Shown piece after piece: positions 55,380 to 64,000 of a stretch of 64,000 nt of DNA. The first letter of the stretch is position 1; each line of letters begins with the position of its first letter. Source of the stretch: Azolla caroliniana (Eukaryota > Plantae > Polypodiophyta); NCBI GenBank assembly GCA_043228905.1, contig JBHGNT010000007.1:6262001-6326000 (forward strand), given 5' to 3'. Under the pieces are notes generated by a model. That model saw nothing but the letters and a program-made list of their open reading frames with translations, was not told the origin of the DNA and ran no database searches. The translations under genes and the position numbers were made by a program.

Positions 55380-55661
55380 CTAGACTCGAACCTATAACCT
55401 TTTGTTACACGGGTCGAGACTTTACCATTAGGTTATGAATTGTAATTTGAAGGATATTATTTTCATTTAGGTTTTATTGGGAAATTGATGTATATTCCAG
55501 ATTTCTCTGGAACATTCTAGAAACTTCAGGAGTATTCCTGAAGACACTATAAAAGGAGGCGCAAGGCATTAGTTCGAACCAAATCGGTTCAACGCCAGTC
55601 TTAAGCCTTCTAACTACTGTTGTATATCTTCCGTCATATAATACATATATCTTTCGCATCA

Positions 55662-55707
<46 letters not shown>

Positions 55708-58700
55708 ACTCATTCCTTCTCTCAAAGTTCGACACCTCTCATAGTACTAATCCTTCTCTGTCTTAGTACTATTCCCCAACAATAGTACTAATCCTTCTTT
55801 TAGTACTAATTCCTTCTCTGCCTTAATAGAGTTCCTGACAGTAGGCACCCCGACAATGGTACCGAAAGTTCGACTCCTTCATGACCGATCAAGGGTACCA
55901 CAAGACACAGGCCAATCACTGTGTGTTTGTGAAGAAGTTCGAAGGAGGCGATTTCCTAATACTCCTTCTGTACGTGGATGACATGTTGATCGTCGGACGG
56001 GACCAAGTCAAAATACGGATGCTGAAGAAGGCCCTCAACCGGACCTTCTCAATGAAAGACTTGGATCCAGCAAGACAGATGCTGGGGATGCATATTATCC
56101 GGAACCGGTCAGCGAAGCAATTATGGCTGTCACAGGAGAAGTACATGACAAAGGTGCTTCACCGGTTCAACATGTCAGATGCGAAACCGGTCGGATCGAC
56201 ACTTCTGGCAAACTGCAGGTTATCCGGTAAGCAAAGCCCGAAGACGAAAGCAGAGAAGGCGGATATGATTAAGATTCCATATGCCTCTGCCGTCGGGCGC
56301 CTAATGTACGCAATGGTGTGTACTCGACCGGATATAGGATATGCAGTCGGAGTGGTGAGCCGGTTCATGAGCAATCCCGGCAAGGAGCACTGGAACGCGG
56401 TCAAATGGATACTCCGGTATTTGAAGGGCACTTCAAATATGTGTCTCCGATTCGGCTCCGGAAAACCTCAACTTGACGGTTTCACCGATTCGGACATGTC
56501 GGCTGATGTAGATACCAGCCGGTCTACATCCGGGTATGTAATGACATATGCAGGGGGAGCTGTTTCGTGGCAGTCGAGGCTGCAGAAGACGATTGCATTG
56601 TCAACCACGGAGGCGGAGTACATGGCAGCTGTGGAAGCCGGCAAGGAAATATTATGGATGAAGGACTTCATCGGAGAGCTCAGTATCCGGCAAGATGAAT
56701 ACCGACTCTATTGCGACAGTCAAAGTGCCATCCATCTTGCTAAGAATGCGGCCTACCATTCCCGGACGAAGCATATCTAGCGAAGATATCACTAGATCCG
56801 GGAAAGAGTAGATGACCAGGAGTTTGCGCTGATGAAGATCCAAACGACCGAGAACGGGTCAGATATGCTGACCAAAGGGCTGATACCCGACAAGCTGGAT
56901 GCATGCCGGAAGAGAATCAGACTAGTAAGACACCCCATGCCGGAGTGAAGGGGGAGTTTGTTGGGAGACAGGTTCCTCCGGATGGGAAGAGAGAAGAACA
57001 GTGTTGACAAACAATCTCGGCCGAGGCCGATAAGCCGAGGCCGAAACCGGAAGAGGAGTACCCGGCTACGGAGAGCCGGATGGTGCAGACCTGGTGAGAA
57101 CCGGATGAGGAGTACCCGGCTACGGAGAGCCGAATGGTGCAAGCCCGGTGAGAACCGGATGAGGAGTACCCGGCTACGGAGAGCCGGATGGTGCAGGCCC
57201 GGTGAGAACTGGATGAGGAGTACCCGGCTACGGAGAGCCGGATGGTGCAGACCCGGTGAGGAATGCTCACCGGATGAAGAGACATATTCGTAAATATTTT
57301 TCTGAGAGTCCATCGAGGCTATATTTGTAAATAGCCGAAAAGTCATATTAGTATAAATATGACTTAGGGCAAACTTATAGTAACTGTTGTTGTCATTCTT
57401 GTTGGTGCAAGGTGAGAGACTGTGCGTAACTGTGTACAGAGAGAGAGAGAGAAAGAGGTCGTTGCCTCTGTTGTAACCGCCGCCTGTGGCGAAGATCGTG
57501 AGCTCGAGGTCGTTGCCTCCGTGAACTCACTGTTGTACATTCTAACATAGTGATAGTTTGCAGCCTGTGGGCTGCCGTGGTTTTTTCCCTCTTTGGGTTT
57601 TCCACGTAAACATCCTGTGTACTCGTCTCTTCTTCGTGTCGTGTTTTATTTCCCGTTTTCTGTGTATGATTCTAAGCTCGGTTGTGGCCGAGCGTTGTGT
57701 ATAAGGAGTGTTTGAGTTCTCGTCACAAACGTGGTAACCATTTCTTCCAATTCATTAAGGCATAAACCAAATAGTGTTGGTGAGAGTGGGCATCCTTGCT
57801 TAACACCAATAGTGCTTTTGAACAAATCTGAAAGTTTATCTCTCATACACACAACATATAACCTTCTCATAAATTCGGGAAACTACAAGCATATACTCAC
57901 TTGGCACCTCAAGTTCTTCTATTCGCCTCCAAAGATGCTCACGAGGTACCATATCAAAAGCTTTCTTGAAGTCTACAAAGCTACAATATAAACATTTACC
58001 TCTAAGGAGACTTTCCACCATTAATACTCGAGTGGTGACAAGGTGATCAATGGTGCTATGGTGTTTTGGAAAGCCAGCTTGTCCATAAGCTCTCTTACGA
58101 TTTTTTTCAGCCCATACACTTATCTTTGATTCCATTATACATCCAAATAGTTTTGCCATTAATGAGCCAACCATGATGGTCCAATAGTTGTTTACATTAT
58201 TTACATCCCCAGCTTTATGTAAAGGTTTGATCCAATTTGTAGTTCAATCGTACAACATACCATGTTGCAATGCATCATTAAACATATCGCTTATCCATAC
58301 ATGTGCTTCCTTTCCCGTCCATTTGAGCATTTCAACCTTTATACATTGAAGATCGATTGCCTTTCAAGAGGCCAATTTCTTAAGTCCTATGCATATATCT
58401 TCAATTGTAATGAAGGGAGACATATGTGAAAGAGAACCATATCATATCATCTTTCTGGCAAGAGATAACTCATATAAATTCTTACAATGCATAGACAAGT
58501 CATGAAGAGTTAAGTCACCATAACTCTCAACTCGTTTCCCCTTTAGATTTCCCCAAAATCTAGCACGTGCACGTGCTTTCTCTTGCGTTTGGATAAATTT
58601 TTGGGTAACTTCCCATATTCTTCTCTTTCTTTTTAATAAGCCTTTTATACTCATGCAAATACTTTTGGTAATTCTCTTTATCCTTAACTACATCCAAAAC

Positions 58701-59064
58701 CATAAGGCACTTTCGAGCTTCACAACATTCTTTATCAAACCATTTTTCCTAAGTTTCTTGGTGCATTTCCAAGATGTGATAGGAAGAGAGAGAGGAAGTT
58801 AACACTTATGAACAACGAGACAAGATGGGGGATGATTAACTATATTAAAAACATCATCACATCCAAAAGTACCCACAATGAGGTATATATACATCTCATG
58901 TGCAAAGGTGCACATGTGTGAGTAGAATATAGGTACAAAGGTGTAAGTCCTATATTAAATGAACATGGGAGTGGAGGATCTACAATGTATATAACTCAAG
59001 TAGAAAATCCTATCGAAGGCTTTAAGGTCAACACACTAACTAGATTCTATCTAGGTAACTAGTA

Positions 59065-59885
59065 CCATGGTTGTTTACGTACCCATATTTAACGTTTAAA
59101 TACGTATAGAACCTCATAATTTGTATAGTACGTACTATACGTCAATGTTGTTCAATCAAATATCATGTACATTTGTCCAATACGGTATTTAACGTATTTA
59201 TTAAAAAACAGGTATAATACGTATTTATAAAGAAAATGTAAGAAGAACCCCAACAAAAAGCAAAAGAAAAAAAAGATTTTAGTGAAAAAGAAGCCAAAGG
59301 AAGGAAGAAAGAAGAATAGAAGAGACAATGATGAAGAAGATGAAGAAGAAGAGAGAAAAGAAGACATAAACCTGTCTTGACTCTGAGTGTGATAATCGCA
59401 GAAGATAGAAGAAGAAGAAGAAGAAAAGAGAAACCTATTATGAGTGTGATAATTGTAGATGATTCCTCAATCTATGAAGCCATAATTGCAAATAATTACA
59501 ATTTGAAGTAGAACATCATGATACACACTTACACTAATTTAAAGAACAAGGGAATGTCGACATTTATATTACTACAAGTATTTTAGGATGCGAAATGTTT
59601 AAATGTCTTATATGCATTTTAGGATGTAGAACTATACTATACATCACAAAATTGTGTAAAAATAGATGTTTTTTACAATATTATAGATTTTTTTTAGAAA
59701 GGTAAATAATTTTCAAATTCTAGAAGTATTTAACGTACTATACGTATTTTACGTATCTTACGTATTTTATAAGTATTTAACCTATTAAGAAAATGTATTT
59801 AACGTATTTTTAAATTGGGAGGTACTATACGCGTATTAATACGTTATATACGTATGGTATCCGTACCGTACCTAACGTGCGTTAC
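59065..59885. mobile_element. Putative non-autonomous DNA-transposon insertion inside the Copia LTR
   Basis: Absent from the homologous LTR at 63623-63969; subterminal ACGTA(T/C) repeats at both ends; TIR and TSD not clean. Confidence 0.45.
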
Positions 59886-61719
59886 TAATTACTAAGTTAC
59901 GTGTGTTGACTAGCTAACTAAATCTAGTTGAGCTTTACATCTCAACACGCCCCCTCAAGCTAAAGTGTGAGGCGCCCGACATCTGCTTTGGCTTTCGTCA
60001 GCTTCCATTTGGCCTTCCGCTTTCTTCGGCCTTTCCAAGGCCGTCTTGGTTCCTCCCCCTCAAGCCAATGACGAAGGCTTGTAGTGTGAAATGGGCGAAG
60101 GCCGACTGGTTCCACCCATCACAGGTCACGAGCCGCTTCGGTAGAGCGCTCGGGCTCTTGTTCTACCGCTACCTTCATCGTGAAGGCATAATGATGGGCC
60201 ATATACTCGTTGTAGCCAAGCCGAGTGACGATGTTCTTCTCTCCAGATGAGCGTCAAAGTTTTTCGGTCACCGATGTGAGCTCCTTCTTTACTACGGGTG
60301 TCTACATGATGGGTACACCAAACTCACTATCTAGTGAGCAAGCCGACATATCCGGATCACCGTCGTCGAGGTGATTGACTTCGTATTCGGGCATCTTACC
60401 TTTGTCCAAGTTCGGACTTGGTCGCGACGTGCTTTGGTCGCGTGAAGGCTCATGTGGGCCAATTAGCTCGGTAGAGATTGGATTGTCCTTTAGTAAAGGA
60501 CTTGGCTGAATATCATCCTCTGAGTTGACGTTCAACTCTTCCTCAGTCGGTTCAGGTGGAGCCAAATCAGGCTCACACCATGATGTCGATTCGTCGAAGA
60601 CTACGTCTCGACTCGCTCGAACCGCTCGGATCGAAGGGTTATAACACTTGTATGCCTTCTTCTCGAAAGAATATCCTACGAGGATACATTTCTCCGACTT
60701 CACTTCGGGCTTCTATCGGTTTTCGTTCGGGATGCGTACATTCGCAATGCTTTTGAACACCTTGAGGTGCAATAGGATCGGTTTCCTTCCAACAAGGAGC
60801 TAGTATGGAGTTAGCTCATGCACTCCATTAGTGGTGTATCGATTCATGAGATAGATGTTCATGGATGTCGCTTTGGCCCAACAGAAGTTCAACATGTGCT
60901 TCTCATGCATCATGGCAAGTGCTACCTCGAGTATGTGTCGATTCTTCCTTTCGGCAACTCCATTTTGTTGGGGTGTATGTCGGCATGAGAATTCTCTCTG
61001 AATGCCTTCACCTTGGAGGTAGGAGATGAATTCGTCAGAGAAGTACTCCTTGCCTCCATCCGATCGTAGGCACGAATGTGCCGACCGATTTCTTTTTCAT
61101 CTTGGCCCTTGTGCTTTCGGAAGTGGGAGAGCACTTCGCTCTTCTTCTTCATCGAGAAGATCCACATATAGCGCGAGTAGTCGTCGATGAAGGTGACGTA
61201 GTATTGGCATCCGCCGATAATCGGCATTTGAGCCGGTCCCCATACATCCAAATGTATGATATCGAGGGGGTCTTTGCTTGCGTAGCTCTCCTTCAAGAAT
61301 AGGAGTCGATGTTGTTTGCCGAGTTGACTCGCTTCACACACTCGGTCAACTCGAATGCCGGAAGTCCAATGACGACACCCTTTGATTGCATTGCTCGGAA
61401 CCATTGGAGATTTATGTGGCCGATTCACTTGTGCCACAACTCGATGCTTGTCTCGGTTTTGAGACCTTTGGCATACATGGTCGATTTCACCTCGTTCGAA
61501 TCGAGGATGAACATTCGACCATCTCTCCATCCCTTAGCTATGAGTCGGCCATCTTTCTCGATGAAGCATCCTTCATTGTTGAAACGAACTTCCATACCTT
61601 GCTCCACGATTTGACCGACCGAGACCAAATTCTTTGTTATTGTAGGCACGTGTAAGACATTCTTGATGCAATTGTTTTGGCCGTCTTTGCCGAATGGGAT
61701 GTGTGGTGTCGTCTCACGT

Positions 61720-62655
61720 TGTCGTGAAGATTTTCGGCAACGGTGTGAAACTTGCATGGAACAAACAAAATTGAGAAGGTGTTAAATGCACATGTGAAAG
61801 GGGTGATGGTCACACGCGTATGCTACCATGTCGTAAATAGGACTGAAATGATAATCGTAAAAGCAAGGCTAGATGTAAGGTTAAACATGTGCACGTGTGA
61901 TCTGCGCTTAAACATTTGTAAATATAAAAAGAAGACTAAAGTGTAGTAACATTTGAATGCATATAGAGAGGCGCAAGCAAGGTTTGAACCTTGCACCTCC
62001 ACGATAAGAGACAAATTGATTTACCACTAAAGCTACAAACAAGTGTTTTAGATTTTGTATATTTTCTTTTCCTATTCAGTATTCCATAGGAAACAAATAC
62101 ATAAAAAACTATGTGCACAAAACCATGGTTTAACCCATGGTTTTAGCCCATGGTTTTAACCCCTGATTTTGCATGGAGACACCTATAAAAGCCTCTAGTT
62201 GGGCTTGTGTAAGGGGGAAGCTATGTACTAATGAAGAAATAACTAATAATAAGAAAACTAGTTATCCTATTGGTGATGTATCTGATAGATTTTACACTCA
62301 AACTTAAACCATAGATATACTGAGACACAAACGAAACAAAAACAAGGAGGACACAATTTATGTGGAAAACCCTGATTTCAGGGAAAAACCACGGCGAATA
62401 GAAATTTTCACTATGAGACAAGAATAAATACAAGCATGAAATGATAGAACCTGATTTGGTATGGATGTACTCTCAGGTTGTTATCTGAAATCTTACATAA
62501 TAGTATCTTCTCCTTCAAAATTAAAGTCAAGGGTTCTATCTTTATTTATCTTCAATACATTCTCGCTTACGCTAGTAAAACATCGAGTCCTTCCGGTCCA
62601 GGACCCCGGTGGTCCCGCTTCATTTCGCGAGTGCTCGTGGAGTCAGAGACCAACA
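61720..62655 (+). repeat. Solo Gypsy LTR related to LTR 3066-4274
   Basis: Starts TGTCGTG; 3' part GTCCAGGACCCCGGTGGTCCCGC matches 4218-4240; TATA CTATAAAAG at ~62183; no TSD. Confidence 0.7.
61968..62035 (-). ncRNA. tRNA-like Pol III cassette in solo LTR, antisense
   Basis: Minus strand TAGCTTTAGTGG (A box, 62035-62024) ... GCAAG-GTTCAAAC-CTTGC T-arm (B box 61989-61981); 47-nt span. Confidence 0.65.
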
Positions 62656-63622
62656 TAGAGTTCGTTCAATGGCTTATTATGAATAGTCCAGCATAGTCAT
62701 CGTATTCGGAGTTGGTGGCGTAGTTTGTGAGTTGTTGGCTTGTTGAAAACAACTCACTTCTCTTTTTCTGACACTCCTCTTCGCGGTGGCCAATTTTGCT
62801 GCAATAGGTTCAAGTGGTGGGCCTCGTTTGGTGACCTTGTTCGGCATTGAAGCTCCCCCTTCTTCCGAAGGTTCCTCGATGGCTTTCGTCTTGTTGTTGA
62901 AGGTTTAGGTCGAATTGACCTCTTCTACCATCTCGACCTCGTCCTCGGCCACCATCCAAACTCGAGAAAAACATTTGTCCTTCCGATGTCTTGGTTTTGG
63001 TTCAGACGTGGTTCTCTTCGACCAATAGCATTGATTGAAGGTTGAAGAACAAAGGACAGTTTTCCCTTGCTAGGATAGTTGTCCTTAACGATTGTATAAC
63101 CGATCGGGAGCCGATTCCCACTCCGATTCTTTTCGTTGGGGAATGGAAGCCTATGCTACTTCCCGAGCTGGCAAGCTTAAGTATATGTAAAAAGCTACAT
63201 ACGTAGACCAAATGGCAAAAGGACATATATATGCATTATGGAAAGTACCATGACTAGCAATTACCAAAAGTCAATAGTGGTTCAACGACAACACCCTGTT
63301 TTGGTCCGTACCTCATGATCAATGGCCACACTAGACACCAAAAATTTAAGGTCCTCCATTATTTCTTTTTCTTTTTCTTTTTATTTCCATTATTTTAGTT
63401 CATAGGGTCATGTTTTAGAATAAATCTAAGCCTATACAACATGAACGGAACCAAGGTAGGACTCCCATATCACCTTATTCAAAATTCCTCCATTTTGTGG
63501 AACCACTATCTAAGAGCTCACCTTGATTGAGTATTGATCTAAGGGCCAACAATTGTTTTGTCCAAAGTAACTTCATACAATGGGCCAATTGTTTTCTCCA
63601 AAGTAACTTCATCGTACATATT

Positions 63623-63969
63623 TGTTGAGGGATCAAGCTCAACTTAGTTCAGTTAGTTAGTCAACCATGTAACTTCGTAGTTACCTAGATAGAATCTAGT
63701 TAGACGTGTTGACTATAACGCCTTAAATAGGACCTTGTACTTAAGTGGGATATTCTAGATCCTCCCCTCCTAAGTACATTTAATATAGAACTTACACATT
63801 AGTACCTATATTCTACTCACACATGTGCACCTTTACACATGAGGTGTATATATACCTCATTGTGGGTATCTTTGTATTTGATGATGTTTTATAATATACA
63901 CTCTAGTTTACTCATCCCCCATCTTGTGTTGTTCATAATTGTATCCTTCCTCTCTCTCTTCCTCTCACA
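63623..63969 (+). repeat. Solo Copia LTR (inverted homolog of 58775-59947)
   Basis: TGTTGAG...CTCTCACA; reverse-complement match to 58775-59060 and 59890-59947. Confidence 0.8.
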
Positions 63970-64000
63970 CACATACACACGCATATCACATAATCTTCCG

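Larger units (their letters stand above)
50059..55840 (+). mobile_element. Apparently intact, very young chromovirus (Tcn1/Tf1-like Ty3/Gypsy), element B
   Basis: LTRs 50059-50537 and 55372-55840 look identical except for (CT)n length; perfect TSD GTAGG; PPT AAAGGGGGGATAG; uninterrupted gag and pol. Confidence 0.97.
47158..56920 (+). pseudogene. Copia gag-pol with stops, interrupted by the insertion at 50059-55840
   Basis: WHKRLCH, RADNGGEY, NGLAERMN, QLDVKT, LLYVDDML, STTEAEY, HSRTKHI. Confidence 0.92.
46345..57725 (+). mobile_element. Full-length degenerate Ty1/Copia element hosting chromovirus B in its RT
   Basis: LTRs 46345-47128 and 56959-57725; TSD CAAAC; PBS TGGTATCAGAGC at 47131-47142; PPT 56942-56958; gag-pol 47158-50058 continues at 55846-56920. 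Confidence 0.96.
40897..58774 (-). mobile_element. Degenerate 5'-truncated LINE (RTEX/CR1-like), split by two Copia insertions
   Basis: RT fragments QAGF..HHSTIDHL, FVDFKKAFD, GVKQGCPLSPTLF (57731-58174); FKYLG (41918-42139); C-terminal RLSSH.LRCETGRW..C..C..H/C (41068-41448); (CTAT)n tail at ~40897-40922. Confidence 0.85.
58775..63130 (-). mobile_element. Deleted Copia element (3' LTR 58775-59947, IN and gag remnants, RT/RH lost)
   Basis: PPT-like GCTTGAGGGGGCG at 59948-59960; IN motifs (IHLDVWGP, YYVTFIDDYSR, KCILVGYS); NVLHVP; gag piece FFNLQSMLLVEENH at ~63000-63060. Confidence 0.8.

Noticed and set aside
58775-63969. Large inverted repeat read as the TIRs of a 5-kb DNA transposon
   Set aside because: Both arms have TG..CA ends and one adjoins a PPT, so they are better explained as two oppositely oriented Copia LTRs; no flanking TSD.

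Overview
Eukaryotic land-plant DNA, probably from a non-seed plant (inferred from Tcn1-like chromoviruses and RTEX-like LINEs). One intact host gene is present: a six-exon SWEET sugar transporter (minus strand, 31086-35288, 267 aa). It sits between two stacks of nested retroelements: Ty1/Copia elements with tRNA-iMet PBS, Ty3/Gypsy elements (two chromoviruses, one apparently intact and very young at 50059-55840, plus a non-chromovirus lineage), two LINEs, several solo LTRs and a hAT-type MITE. Main novelty candidate: six distinct Gypsy LTR sequences from two lineages each carry an antisense tRNA-like Pol III A-box/B-box cassette at canonical tRNA spacing near the LTR 5' end, although the surrounding LTR sequence has diverged. 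The two chromoviruses also show a covarying Tf1-type self-priming site in place of a tRNA PBS, and a conserved G_TTA_AAC slippery site with a putative pseudoknot for a -1 gag-pol frameshift. All coordinates were read by eye and no searches were run.
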